64,000 nucleotides of DNA from a virus, in IMG/VR virus record IMGVR_UViG_3300046714_000544, positions 5,169 through 69,168 of that record, one strand, 5' to 3'. The notes beneath the pieces are model-generated. The model ran no database searches. It worked only from the letters and a program-made list of their open reading frames with translations, and was not told where the DNA came from. A program made the translations under genes and the position numbers. Below are positions 28,908 to 38,754 of the stretch, one piece after another (position 1 is the first letter of the stretch; every line of letters begins with the position of its first letter).

Positions 28908-29302
28908 TCCTCCAGCCGGAGACCGGCCTCGCGCATTTTGAAGTTGACGGCATACTGATCTCCCGCCTTATGCGCATCATTCGCCTCCCGAAGGAGGTTG
29001 GCGCCGTTGACAGCGTCTCCCCACAAGGAGGCCAGTAGCAAGGTCCGCTCGTCAATTACTGCTGTACCCACTCATCCTCACTGTTCAGGGTCCAGTCGGT
29101 AAGGCACCAGCGGCAACGCTTGTTCCACTTGACAATCGTGCGCTTCCAATGGATGTTGTGGACGCAGAGCCAGTCTTTGATCTTGGGACAGATGTTCTCA
29201 AGGAAGACTATAACCAAGGTAATGTTTCCAAGAGCACTGGTTAGGATGACCCAGGCTGCTAGTAAGCCTATGAGAAAGTTGTGCACGAAACTCCCTTCTG
29301 TT

Positions 29303-29332
29303 GAAAAGAAAAGGGGACCCGAAGGCCCCCTC
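29303..29332 (-). terminator. Intrinsic terminator
   Basis: Minus strand GGGGGCC-TTCG-GGTCCCC-TTTTCTTTT downstream of the SSB-like gene. Confidence 0.75.
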
Positions 29333-29384
29333 TTCCACGACATCGCCTAACCTGAGGCCGCCCTTGAGCGGCTTCCCTTAGCTG

Positions 29385-30032
29385 TTAGGCAGACTTCTTG
29401 AAATACGAGACAACCGCCTTCGCCTCGTACAGGACGCCATTCTTCTCCACCGTCTCGCTGTACAGCGGCGTGCCATCCTCCGCCGTGCCCACCTGGAAGT
29501 CGGCCTTCTTCAAACCGCCATTCGCCCACTTACCAGTCGACGCGTCCTTGCGGCTCTTGTCGTTCCAGTTGATGACCACCACAACCGGCGTGGAAAGGGA
29601 CTCCTGCACCCACTGGATCGCCTTCTGGAGATCCATGTTCTTGGTGTCGAAGCCGAACGCCGAGAGGTAGGAGGCCACCGAGGTGGACTGCTTCGGCTGG
29701 CCCGTTGCCGGGTTGATGAGCGGTTGACCCGTCTCATAGTCGGTGAGGGTGAAGGGGATCGTGGTGACCTTCTTATCCAGGAAGCGGGTCTGGAGGGTCT
29801 TCTGACTCTCCTGATCCACAAGCCCCGAGGCGAACGAGATGACGAACTCGTAGTGTCCCGCCGCGGCGCCTTCCTTGATCTGCTTCGCCTTCACAGTGCG
29901 GTTGAGGGACAAGTACTCACCCGGAGGGGTGACGCGGAAGCCGGACGTTTCTGCAGCGACCATGCCTCCCGGAATCTCTTCGCCCTGTCCGCCAATCCCA
30001 CTGATGTCCGTATAATCGTCGTAGTTAGCTAT
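29385..30032 (-). CDS. Putative ssDNA-binding protein (DUF669-like OB fold)
   Basis: PPGEY motif; strong codon bias; own terminator; AAGGAG SD with an in-frame ATA start at 30032. Confidence 0.55.
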   Translation of the reverse strand: MANYDDYTDISGIGGQGEEIPGGMVAAETSGFRVTPPGEYLSLNRTVKAKQIKEGAAAGHYEFVISFASGLVDQESQKTLQTRFLDKKVTTIPFTLTDYETGQPLINPATGQPKQSTSVASYLSAFGFDTKNMDLQKAIQWVQESLSTPVVVVINWNDKSRKDASTGKWANGGLKKADFQVGTAEDGTPLYSETVEKNGVLYEAKAVVSYFKKSA

Positions 30033-30271
30033 TTTAAGGCTCCTTTTGTTTTTGGTTTAGTTGTTTACTGGTTTACTTACTGATCTTGATCGGACCCTTG
30101 GGGGCAAGCACCTTGACCCTAGGGGGGAGCGACTTTGCGGTCTTCTTCATCACTTTCCTTTCTTCGAATCCTTGATATACTTCTCCAACCTTGTCGACTG
30201 CTTCCCGACGTTCACCTTATTCCCGCCCACTGTTTTCAGCTTGGGCAGGAGGGGCTTTTCTTTTCCGAAGG

Positions 30272-30577
30272 TCACGCGGCCACCTTCTTTCTAAGAGTGA
30301 AAGGCCGCAGGAGAATACCGGGCGCCGGAAACTCCACACCCTTCTTCTTCAAGAAGCTGATCTGCTTCCTCTCCGCATAGTTAGGCTTACCTACTGTGAG
30401 CAGATAAGTTTCGCCGCGTGCATTCTTTCGCTCCGGCTTGCCAGCGTAACTCTTCCTGGTAAACTTTACAGTCAGGTTGTCCGCCAAATACTTGGTACCC
30501 TGACGAGAATCCGTACTGAGAACTCTCTCATACAAGTCCACGATCGCCTTCCGTACACCTGCATTGATTGCGTTCAC
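30272..30577 (-). CDS. Basic hypothetical protein
   Basis: TVGKPNYAER motif; GTGA overlap. Confidence 0.5.
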   Translation of the reverse strand: MNAINAGVRKAIVDLYERVLSTDSRQGTKYLADNLTVKFTRKSYAGKPERKNARGETYLLTVGKPNYAERKQISFLKKKGVEFPAPGILLRPFTLRKKVAA

Positions 30578-30653
30578 TTCGCCCTCAACCTTCGCTTCGG
30601 ATCCTTCGAAAGCGCCTGCTTTCGATAGCCAGGATTGTCATTCTTCGTTTGCT

Positions 30654-30896
30654 TCAATCAACCTCCTCAATCCAGGTCGCCAGACTTCTCAGGCTCTCTG
30701 GAGTAAATGTCATCGCCCCATTGGGAATCCCCTCAGGTACATACATGCGGGCGAATTTCATGTTACCCAAGTGCATCCTCTCGAAGGAGATTCCAGTGAT
30801 CAGTTCAGTGTCAGGCCCAAGCTTCATCGCCTCACCTACGCCAACTGGCCCATTGTAGGTGCTGTAGATGAATGGGATCTCCTGGGTGTCAGTCAC
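30654..30896 (-). CDS. Hypothetical protein
   Basis: ORF in a packed operon. Confidence 0.45.
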   Translation of the reverse strand: MTDTQEIPFIYSTYNGPVGVGEAMKLGPDTELITGISFERMHLGNMKFARMYVPEGIPNGAMTFTPESLRSLATWIEEVD

Positions 30897-31203
30897 TCTT
30901 CCCAGTCACCGGTTTCGACCCAGGCTTCCGGGTCGCGTTAAAAATCTTCGCGGCTGATGTCTTGGCCTCTTTCAACGACTCGCCCTTCTTCACCAGGCTG
31001 TCCCTGATGCCTTCATACCTCTTAGGCAGCTTCCTGATCCTCCTCTTCAAAAGGCCCGTTCACCCACACCCGAGCGTGAAGGACTCTGTTCCTGTCATAA
31101 TGCGCCTTCTTCGTTCCCATGTCAAGTAGAAACATCTTGCTGAATGGTTTTTCCTCGATCTCCACATTGAGGTGCAGGGGGTAGGGGATGGGCCAGGGGT
31201 TGC

Positions 31204-31470
31204 TCACTTCGCACTCTTCAACTGCACAACCAGACCGTAGTTAAGTGTATGTGGTTTAGTCCAACTAGGAGGATAAATCCTAGGATGAGCTTCCTTAGTG
31301 AAATAGTCTCCATCGCACACCCCCACACAATTCCCTTTTGGATCTACTTGAGTAGGGCCGCAGCCTTCGCACAAAACCTCAGCAGCGAGGCCCTTGTTCC
31401 ATTCTTCAACAGTTGTTAATCCCACGAAATCGTCAAACTCCGGGATACATTGCTTGCAATGGTCGCTCAA
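31204..31470 (-). CDS. Cys-rich hypothetical protein
   Basis: CKQC..CEGCGPTQVD..GNC motif. Confidence 0.55.
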   Translation of the reverse strand: MSDHCKQCIPEFDDFVGLTTVEEWNKGLAAEVLCEGCGPTQVDPKGNCVGVCDGDYFTKEAHPRIYPPSWTKPHTLNYGLVVQLKSAK

Positions 31471-32642
31471 CCCTTCACACTCAGCAGCGGCCGCAGCTTC
31501 GCCACCACAGACACCAAATCCATCTGCTGCCTCATGACCACATCAATCGACTTAAAGGCCATAGGATGCTCACCCAGCATTCTCTCATCCTTCCTACAAT
31601 CAACCCCATCTGTTGCCTTCCTGAAGTCGTCGAGGGAGTAAAACTTCGCCGCCCCCTCCCTACTGATCCGCCGTCCAACTCCTGCCGCCGCACTGTGAAA
31701 CGCCCCCGTTGCCCCCTTACCACAAACAATATAAGTGGGCTTCCCCAAACCGCCGGGGATGACTCCAAGATCTCCCTTCCCTGCACGAATGGCCCCCCTT
31801 CGGAGAACGAAGACATGCTCGTTAAAGTGCCGCTCCCAGGAGACGAAGTTGTGAGGACTGTCCACAACCGTCCGCCACTTCGGCTGGAAAGGGAAGAAGG
31901 ACTCGACGATGTCCTTCACAACCTCCATGATGTTCTCCCGGTTCCAGGCTGCGTAGTCCTGGGTCCACTGGACGGCATCACGGCACGCCTGCATCTCACT
32001 GCTCCCCGAGAGGAAGGAGGCAAATTCGGGCGGGATGTGCTCGTTGTGTGGGAGCAACCGCGCCGCTGCAGTGTGGAAGGTGGAAAGAGTCTTGCCGATG
32101 TCCCGGCTCCCTGCCTGGACAACCACCCAGAGGTTCTGTCCCTCATCCTCGCATAGTTCGATGAAGTGGCCGCCGGCACCGAGGGTGCCAACCTGCCGCT
32201 GGGCACTGGCCAGGACCCGGATATCCGCCCCCTTGAGGTTGACAAAGAGGCCCCACTTCGGCCATCGACCGAGGCGGTCGATTGGCTCCGTGAATTGGAG
32301 CGTCCCCACCGGGATGCTGCTCTCGATGGCCGTCCTTAGTTCACTCACCAGGGCACTGGTGAGATCGGTGCTCTTCATCCCCAGGGTCGCGGCACGGACC
32401 CCGCACCCGATGTCATGCCCTAGGAGAGAGGGGATCAACGTCCGCCTCGTCGCCACCACCGTCCCGACCGGGCACCCAATCCCCTCCGTCGCATTTGGGA
32501 GGACGACGAGATGTTGGTAGATGTCAGGGGCGACGGAGAGTTCCTTCAGCCGCCCCCAAACTGCCTTCCCCACCTCAATCTGCGTCGCCCAATGGTGGAT
32601 CGGTACTTCCCGTCCTGTCCCGTAAGTCACCGCACTCATCAT
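31467..32642 (-). CDS. rtcB: RtcB-family RNA ligase homolog, catalytically degenerate
   Basis: DIGCG, GTLGAGGHFIE, GSR, HNF, RRGA, IPGGLG, GRRISR, P.AFK, LRPLLSVKG; the SHGAGR motif is replaced by AAGVGR. Confidence 0.9.
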   Translation of the reverse strand: MMSAVTYGTGREVPIHHWATQIEVGKAVWGRLKELSVAPDIYQHLVVLPNATEGIGCPVGTVVATRRTLIPSLLGHDIGCGVRAATLGMKSTDLTSALVSELRTAIESSIPVGTLQFTEPIDRLGRWPKWGLFVNLKGADIRVLASAQRQVGTLGAGGHFIELCEDEGQNLWVVVQAGSRDIGKTLSTFHTAAARLLPHNEHIPPEFASFLSGSSEMQACRDAVQWTQDYAAWNRENIMEVVKDIVESFFPFQPKWRTVVDSPHNFVSWERHFNEHVFVLRRGAIRAGKGDLGVIPGGLGKPTYIVCGKGATGAFHSAAAGVGRRISREGAAKFYSLDDFRKATDGVDCRKDERMLGEHPMAFKSIDVVMRQQMDLVSVVAKLRPLLSVKG

Positions 32643-32799
32643 CCGACTCCCTTTTAGGGTTGTTCTTTTAACTCTTTCAACAAAACCACAAGGTGGCGCT
32701 TGCATAGAAACAATGCGTCATTCAACGACACCACACACCAGTTGTAACAACTGTCGCATCTCTGCATTCCGCGTTCCATAGGGAACGCTACTGAGTACC

Positions 32800-33843
32800 T
32801 CATGCGAGTAGAGCTGCCTTCGCCTTCACCCGTGCTTCGTCCATCTTCTGGAAAAACGTCGTCGCCACTCCGCCTACTTCTGGGAAGTCAAGGACCTTTG
32901 GAAACTCTCCTCCCCTTGGAGCGGAACACTTCGCGAAGAACCCGTACGGCTTGCAGTCTGCCGGGAAGTGCGGCGCGACATACAACTTCCTGTCAACAAT
33001 CTCTATCCCCTGCCCATCCTTCACGGACTGCTTATTGGCATCCAGTCGAGGGACAAGGTCAGTGTGTATGACATCTGTGAACCAGGGCAGGCATCGCTCA
33101 AGCAAAGCTTTCCCAGGAAACGCCGGCCCATATGCGGGCTTTCCGTCGTCATCGACTCCGCGAAGTTCCAGAGCGGTCCAGAGCACAATGGGCACCGGAA
33201 TTGTATGTGTATTAGCGACCTGGATCGCGGCGTAGTTCTGAGCATCCCCATAATGTTGCTTGCCCAGACCAGCAATCGTGAAATCGCCATCCTTAACCTG
33301 CCTGCCCCCACCGGAGTCGATAAGACGTAGCCGGTTGAGCATAAGCTGTCCGAAAGATGTGGCTCCCTCGAAAACATAAGCTCCTACCTCATCAAACCCA
33401 TTAGCCGCCTCCGTCACCTTCTCCAACCGGACCCCCTGTGCGAAGGGAATCCCACACGCCTGACACTTCACTACCTGCGCTTGGCCGATGGAACCACTAT
33501 CCCCCTTACAGGAGGGGCAGGGTTTCCAAACCTTCGTCGGCGCGAGTAGTGGACTATCCGGCTCCGCAACATTGGCGGGCCAGTGGCCCTTCGTTGCCAT
33601 GTTGAGGTTGTGGAAGATGGATGCCTCGGGGAAGGAGTCGATGGCCCAGACGCTGACGATCCCCTCGTCCATTAGCGGTTGGTACGCCTTCTCTCCTCCC
33701 CCGTCGGCGGTTACCACCCGGGTCTTTTTCCCGTACTTCTTCCAAACGTAGGCGGCAACGTCGGCCGCGAACGAGGACTTACCGACTCCCCCCTTCCCGT
33801 AGTTCAGGATTTTGTGGATCGGCTTCAGACACAATAGGGCTAT
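32800..33843 (-). CDS. AAA_24/Sak4-like P-loop ATPase with zinc-finger insert
   Basis: YGKGGVGKSS Walker A; YVFEGATS; YGP..PGK; CPSC..CQAC insert; possible ATA start at 33843. Confidence 0.75.
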   Translation of the reverse strand: MALLCLKPIHKILNYGKGGVGKSSFAADVAAYVWKKYGKKTRVVTADGGGEKAYQPLMDEGIVSVWAIDSFPEASIFHNLNMATKGHWPANVAEPDSPLLAPTKVWKPCPSCKGDSGSIGQAQVVKCQACGIPFAQGVRLEKVTEAANGFDEVGAYVFEGATSFGQLMLNRLRLIDSGGGRQVKDGDFTIAGLGKQHYGDAQNYAAIQVANTHTIPVPIVLWTALELRGVDDDGKPAYGPAFPGKALLERCLPWFTDVIHTDLVPRLDANKQSVKDGQGIEIVDRKLYVAPHFPADCKPYGFFAKCSAPRGGEFPKVLDFPEVGGVATTFFQKMDEARVKAKAALLA

Positions 33844-33960
33844 TAGGCACCTTCCTCTCTTTTAGGTATATTGTTGCTAGCTCCCAAGTACATATTGAAC
33901 AGTCTTCTACATCCAGCCACGGACACGGATTGGCGTCACAAGCGGCACATCCGGGGCACT

Positions 33961-34341
33961 TCATTGGCTGTCCGTGGTCATGTTTGGCAACCAGCCCGCG
34001 AATGGAATGTGGGTTGCAGGAACCCCTGCCGCCTTGATTTCCTCCACCATCTTCTTCGCTGCCGGCCCATTGTATGAGTGTACTACGACACAGTGTTTGA
34101 TGCAAGAAGGATTTGCGGCGATGTACCGGGCAACTGCGCCGCCGTGGTTTTCCAACTCGTAAGCAACGTAGTGCTCCCCACCGAGGTCGTGATCGAGGGA
34201 GGCGATGTCGAAGGGGCCGTGGACCTTCAGTGCGTTGATGGCCAGTGTGGCGGTGTCTACACAGAAAACATCCGCGCCTCCTGTGTTCTTCAGGAAGTGT
34301 TCGGTGCGATTGTTATCATCGTCGAGGAAGAGGATCTTCAC
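33961..34341 (-). CDS. Cyclic-phosphate-processing receiver-domain protein
   Basis: KILFLDDD..R, ASLDHDLG, G..VA, VVHSYN. Confidence 0.75.
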   Translation of the reverse strand: MKILFLDDDNNRTEHFLKNTGGADVFCVDTATLAINALKVHGPFDIASLDHDLGGEHYVAYELENHGGAVARYIAANPSCIKHCVVVHSYNGPAAKKMVEEIKAAGVPATHIPFAGWLPNMTTDSQ

Positions 34342-35366
34342 GCTGCCACCAGTTCCGGAAAATTGGCCGCCGTCAACCACTTCATCGGGCGGATCCAGGG
34401 ATCGAAGGGCGAGGCATTCTCGCACGTCTTCACGATATCGATCTCATAGGGAGTGTAGTTGGAGGAGGAGGAGTAATGACGGTTGCCTGATCCCCCCATC
34501 CCATTGCTATGAACCCCCCACATCGCCTCATACTGCGCCGCCTCATCGTCATCTGCCTGCATGGCGTCCGCGACCTTGTCGAGGATCGAGGCGACCATCT
34601 CCTTGTCCATCTTGATCATCGAGGTATCATCATACCGCGACCCGAAGATGAAGCACTTCATGCAATTAACGACCGTTGGATCTTCATCATCGATGATCAG
34701 CCGCGTGCCACAGTGCGAGGGGCAAGTCTTCCCCGCCCGATCGTTCGGATTGTACACGCTGACCTTGCTCGACTGTTTCACCTCGGGGGTGCTGTAGAGG
34801 ACCTTCCCATCCGAATCCCGATAGAGGAACCTCGCCACCTTCGAATCACACCCCACACACCAAAGCTGCGCCTCGGGGTCGTCGATGGATTGGATGAGGG
34901 ACGCGCCCTTACACCCCCCACAAGTCTCCCCGATTCGGTCAACCTTCTCCACCTTCTTCGAGGCATAGAAGCTACCTAGGGGCTTCCCTGTGTATGGGTT
35001 CAACTTACAAGCAGCACACTCAAGGACAAGAGAATCGCGGCCCTTCAACAAGACCCCAGCATCCCCGACGCAATGCGGGCACATCTCCCCTTCTTGATAC
35101 AAAGCCTTCTTCTCCTTCTTCCTCATCACCGGCTCAGACGTCACAGGATCCCTGAAACACTTGTAGCACATCAACTGCCCGTTGACCTTCGTCAGAGAGC
35201 CGTGGATGCACAGGGGGCAGTGCTCTCCTAGCTCATAGGCCGGTTTGCCGAGTTGAAAAACATCCCCGCACTCCTCACAACAAAGCTCCTCGACCCCATC
35301 CGCATTCTTCCAACTGACCAGGGTCCGGTAACGGGAACAGCTAGGACAATCCGACCCCACTGTCAA
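34338..35366 (-). CDS. Multi-zinc-ribbon repeat protein
   Basis: At least five G.xCPxC...L.CxxC repeats. Confidence 0.6.
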   Translation of the reverse strand: MTVGSDCPSCSRYRTLVSWKNADGVEELCCEECGDVFQLGKPAYELGEHCPLCIHGSLTKVNGQLMCYKCFRDPVTSEPVMRKKEKKALYQEGEMCPHCVGDAGVLLKGRDSLVLECAACKLNPYTGKPLGSFYASKKVEKVDRIGETCGGCKGASLIQSIDDPEAQLWCVGCDSKVARFLYRDSDGKVLYSTPEVKQSSKVSVYNPNDRAGKTCPSHCGTRLIIDDEDPTVVNCMKCFIFGSRYDDTSMIKMDKEMVASILDKVADAMQADDDEAAQYEAMWGVHSNGMGGSGNRHYSSSSNYTPYEIDIVKTCENASPFDPWIRPMKWLTAANFPELVAA

Positions 35367-36405
35367 CCGCTCCTCGCGTCCGCCTTTCTTTGCGCTCACT
35401 TAGTTTCCCATCCTTTAACATCTCCTCAACCGTCGTTCGTTCGAAACAGATGTCCTCGAAGGGACACCAGGGGCAGGTCTTCTTGGTTATGCGTTGGGTG
35501 AAAAAATCGAGGCGGTCCTCTTCCGGGACGTCGGGGGAGAGGATGTTCTCAATCTCCGTCTCCCTTCTGACGAGCGTCTTCAACCACTTCTCAACCATCG
35601 CCTCGCTGATGGTGATGGGGGAGGAACGGCGGAAGGGGACGTCGATGACGGCTAGGAAGGCAGGATTAGCAAGCCATTCGCTGATCGACATGACGTCGGG
35701 GATGAAGAGCTTCTCCCACCCCGCCGTGTATCCGGCCTTGAGAACGCCGGCCTTGGAACGGTAGGCATAAAGGAGGGGCGTTGTAAAAAAGCCATTCCTC
35801 CGCTCCCCCTTATAGAAGCCCTCAACAACAATGCCCGCAACATCTTCCCGCACATCATCCTGAACCGCGACCCCTTCCGTGATCATCTGGATATCGTAGA
35901 ACCAGTCCCGCTGATCCCACTCCTTGCACGTCTTGTGGTTGAACACCCAGATCGCGCCATTGCTCCTCTCCCTTACAACGACATCCGCACGGGCGTAGAG
36001 GATGACGTTGGAGGAGAGGGGAACCTTGATCTCCCGCTCGACTGTTAGGACTTCATAGGTGGAGAGGAATAGGGGGAGCCGGTGCATTCCCCATCCCATG
36101 ACAAAGGCCTCGACAAGGAAGCCGCCCTCTCGTACCTGAGAAGAGAGGAGAGGATTTGTGCCGAGGTCAAGGGAGGAGGTGGATTGTTCCCACTCCTTCT
36201 GTGCCTCTCTAACAGCCTCATCCACAGTTGACCCAAGGAGAAGACTCTCGATCCCCTTATGGACACCGATGCCGATCGCGGCCTCAATCCAGTACGGCCC
36301 CTTCTGTGTCCCCTCAAGCCCCATCCCTCCCCACTCCGAGGTGTAGTAGAACTGCCTCGGGCAACTGTTGTACGTCTCGTAACCGCTTCTGCTGATTACC
36401 CTTAT
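35341..36405 (-). CDS. PD-(D/E)XK (Cas4/RecB-like) exonuclease
   Basis: ISRSGYETYNSCPRQFYY, GIGVHKGIE, E.E, ADVVV, NHKT, CPWCPFEDIC; the N-terminal motif needs an ATA start at 36405. Confidence 0.85.
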   Translation of the reverse strand: MRVISRSGYETYNSCPRQFYYTSEWGGMGLEGTQKGPYWIEAAIGIGVHKGIESLLLGSTVDEAVREAQKEWEQSTSSLDLGTNPLLSSQVREGGFLVEAFVMGWGMHRLPLFLSTYEVLTVEREIKVPLSSNVILYARADVVVRERSNGAIWVFNHKTCKEWDQRDWFYDIQMITEGVAVQDDVREDVAGIVVEGFYKGERRNGFFTTPLLYAYRSKAGVLKAGYTAGWEKLFIPDVMSISEWLANPAFLAVIDVPFRRSSPITISEAMVEKWLKTLVRRETEIENILSPDVPEEDRLDFFTQRITKKTCPWCPFEDICFERTTVEEMLKDGKLSERKERRTRGAVDSGVGLS

Positions 36406-36641
36406 TCCAGGACCTCCTTCTTAAAGAAGGCAACCGCCTCCTCGAAAGTGTGAAATGGGAAGATGCCGGGGATCTCCCCCGCCATGACCTTATCCCAAAA
36501 CTCATGGCACTCCGTATCCCCCAGCCATGGTTCAACGTACTCGTGGCCAATCTGGACAATCCAAAGACCGCCAGAGTAGGCTCCAGTGTAGCGATCCAGG
36601 CTGATCGAGGCTGGATAGTGCCTAGGCCGATCCCTCTTCAC
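36402..36641 (-). CDS. Hypothetical protein
   Basis: DRYTGAYSGG motif; AAGGAGG SD. Confidence 0.55.
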   Translation of the reverse strand: MKRDRPRHYPASISLDRYTGAYSGGLWIVQIGHEYVEPWLGDTECHEFWDKVMAGEIPGIFPFHTFEEAVAFFKKEVLE

Positions 36642-37082
36642 TTCGCCTCCTTCTTAACATCCGTTAGGTTGACCGGGATGACGATATTCCCCGAATCCGG
36701 GTCACTGTAGACAGCCTGGAGGATGAACTGCTGACGGAGGTAGAGGAACTTATCATCCTTCCCCTTCACCTCCAGCAACTCACTCAACGTCTCATCCGCC
36801 TCATTGATATTCCGGAAGATGTGCATGTAGTTCCCATCATCACTGAAGGGATACCACTGATCGGACTTGCTGTCATACTTCACATACAACACCCAACCCT
36901 CGCAGATCAATTCGTCCTCATCTCCCTCATCACTGTCAAGCGGCTCCGTAATCACGTTCACCTTCTTCTCCTCCTTCAGGCGCGGATGCTGGTAGCTGTG
37001 CACGCACCTATCATCCCCTGTCATGTTACTGTGATGGTTGATCCAACCACTACACCCGGGCACACCGCACGGGTCGCCCCAC

Positions 37083-38057
37083 TCACTCTTCCCCACCAGC
37101 CACCTCATCAGTCGGCATATCACTTTTCCCATCGTCTCTCCCCAACCAATGGGAGGTGCCGGGGAAGAAGCCGCTTTCGATTGCGAGACGCCTCCGCTTG
37201 GCGGTGCTTTCGGAGACCCCCAACTTTTTTCCCACTTCCGCGTCAATCTCCTTCTTCGTTGCGCCATCAAGGGAACCCATCATTAGGTACGTCGTTAGGA
37301 ACTCGTCGTACAGGGGACTGGTTAGGGTGTAGCCATCGCGTCGATCCAATAGGAGAGGCAGTGGGCGGTAAAGGGCGCTGGCCTGGCTCTTGGTGTGGTA
37401 CAGCCGAATTGACTGATACGTTTGGGGGTTCCACGCGGCATCCCGAAACCGCTCCAACTTAAGCCCAACCTGCGCGTCATTGACCCAGGCTTGGGATCCG
37501 GAATGCCCCTCTGTTCTAGGGTTCGACATCCCCTTCTGTGTCGGCGCCTTCCTAGGGTGATGGATGACCACAAGCGCCGTATCCGGAAACATCTGCTGCA
37601 GCCGCCCGTAAACAATCTTCGGCGCCTTCGAGTCCTTGTCATCAAGGTCATGGATCTTCCTAAGGGTGTTGATGAAGACAACATCCGGGCGGGTGACCTC
37701 CCGCAACGACAGGAGTTCTTGTGCGTCCGTCCCCGAGAGGCTGTCGAGTGAGAGGGGAGAGGAAAAGTTGAAGAAGACATCCTCCGGCGGATTTGGCTCA
37801 ACCCGGAGCCTTTCAGCCGCCACCCTCTCCGGACTGTCCACGTCAAGGTAGAGCACCCTCCCCTTCTCCGTGGGAAGGCCGAAAAAGGAGGTCCCGGTCG
37901 CGATAGCCTTCGCCATGCACCAGGTTGCGGGCGACTTGCCGGTCGAGGTGGAGCCGTAGAGGAAGACAATCCCGGCCCTGGGGATGTATGGTTCGATGAG
38001 GAATGGCTGCTTCTCATATACCTTCTCCCTGATGTCGCTCCATTTAATTAGGGTCAT
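37083..38057 (-). CDS. RepA/AAA_25-type replicative helicase with C-terminal HTH
   Basis: GSTSTGKS, VLYLDVD, DVVFINT, IHHPRK, HSGSQAW; AEVGKKLGVSESTAKR HTH. Confidence 0.8.
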   Translation of the reverse strand: MTLIKWSDIREKVYEKQPFLIEPYIPRAGIVFLYGSTSTGKSPATWCMAKAIATGTSFFGLPTEKGRVLYLDVDSPERVAAERLRVEPNPPEDVFFNFSSPLSLDSLSGTDAQELLSLREVTRPDVVFINTLRKIHDLDDKDSKAPKIVYGRLQQMFPDTALVVIHHPRKAPTQKGMSNPRTEGHSGSQAWVNDAQVGLKLERFRDAAWNPQTYQSIRLYHTKSQASALYRPLPLLLDRRDGYTLTSPLYDEFLTTYLMMGSLDGATKKEIDAEVGKKLGVSESTAKRRRLAIESGFFPGTSHWLGRDDGKSDMPTDEVAGGEE

Positions 38058-38418
38058 CTTCCTCCAGGACAGACGGCGAAAATGGAGCTGGCATAGTGGA
38101 AGTGTACCATGGATTCTCTGTTTCAGGAGGAGTGAAGACAGGCTCGCCCTCCCCAACGGTTGAGTAGCCGAGGAAGGTATACTTCCTCGCCTTCTTCTCC
38201 ATCAGGTGGAGTTGATCCTTGGTTAGGATCCCATACTGTGGGGAGTAGACGTAACCCAAACTCTCCAGCTGCGCCAGGCACTTCTTCAACGTGCCGCAGA
38301 GGATGATGACGATGTCGAACAAGCCGGTTCCGAAGGGGATGTTAAAGGCGCTCCAGTAGTTCCCCATAGCCGCCTGCATCTTCTGCCGGAGACGGATCTT
38401 GTCATTTGTCGTAATCAC
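38044..38418 (-). CDS. Hypothetical protein
   Basis: ORF in a packed operon. Confidence 0.5.
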   Translation of the reverse strand: MITTNDKIRLRQKMQAAMGNYWSAFNIPFGTGLFDIVIILCGTLKKCLAQLESLGYVYSPQYGILTKDQLHLMEKKARKYTFLGYSTVGEGEPVFTPPETENPWYTSTMPAPFSPSVLEEDDPN

Positions 38419-38621
38419 AACCACACCACCTTGGTTCGGCCCTCATGGCCGTGGATCTCATCCACCTGTTTGATGTTGTCGTAGATGTTTGTTGATGGGG
38501 TGGAGGTGAGCCATTCAATGGCGACACGGCCGTTGGAAAACTCGACCCCCTCCGCGACCGTCCCTGTTCCGCTCACACCATGGACATCCTCCGCCCGGTG
38601 GAGTTCAAACAACCTCATCAT
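38415..38621 (-). CDS. Conserved small phage protein (DVHGVSGTGTVAEGVEF..G...HGHEG)
   Basis: Recognisable recurring phage motif. Confidence 0.7.
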   Translation of the reverse strand: MMRLFELHRAEDVHGVSGTGTVAEGVEFSNGRVAIEWLTSTPSTNIYDNIKQVDEIHGHEGRTKVVWL

Positions 38622-38647
38622 CGATGGACCGCCCCGCAGGAACAGCA

Positions 38648-38676
38648 ACGATACTCCGTCGGGGCCTTTTTGTCAA
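38648..38676 (-). promoter_or_regulatory. sigma70-type promoter (TTGACA-17-TATCGT)
   Basis: Perfect -35 and 17-nt spacer, upstream of the replication operon. Confidence 0.65.
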
Positions 38677-38754
38677 GGGGCTTTGTGAGGTTGCCCCAGG
38701 ACTGGGCGAGGAAGGTGGGGCAAAACCCCACGCGCATCTTCGGCGCTTTCTCGT

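Noticed and set aside
35341-36405. Cas4 as evidence of a CRISPR system
   Set aside because: Stand-alone PD-(D/E)XK exonuclease beside a Sak4-like ATPase and SSB, a common phage recombination module.
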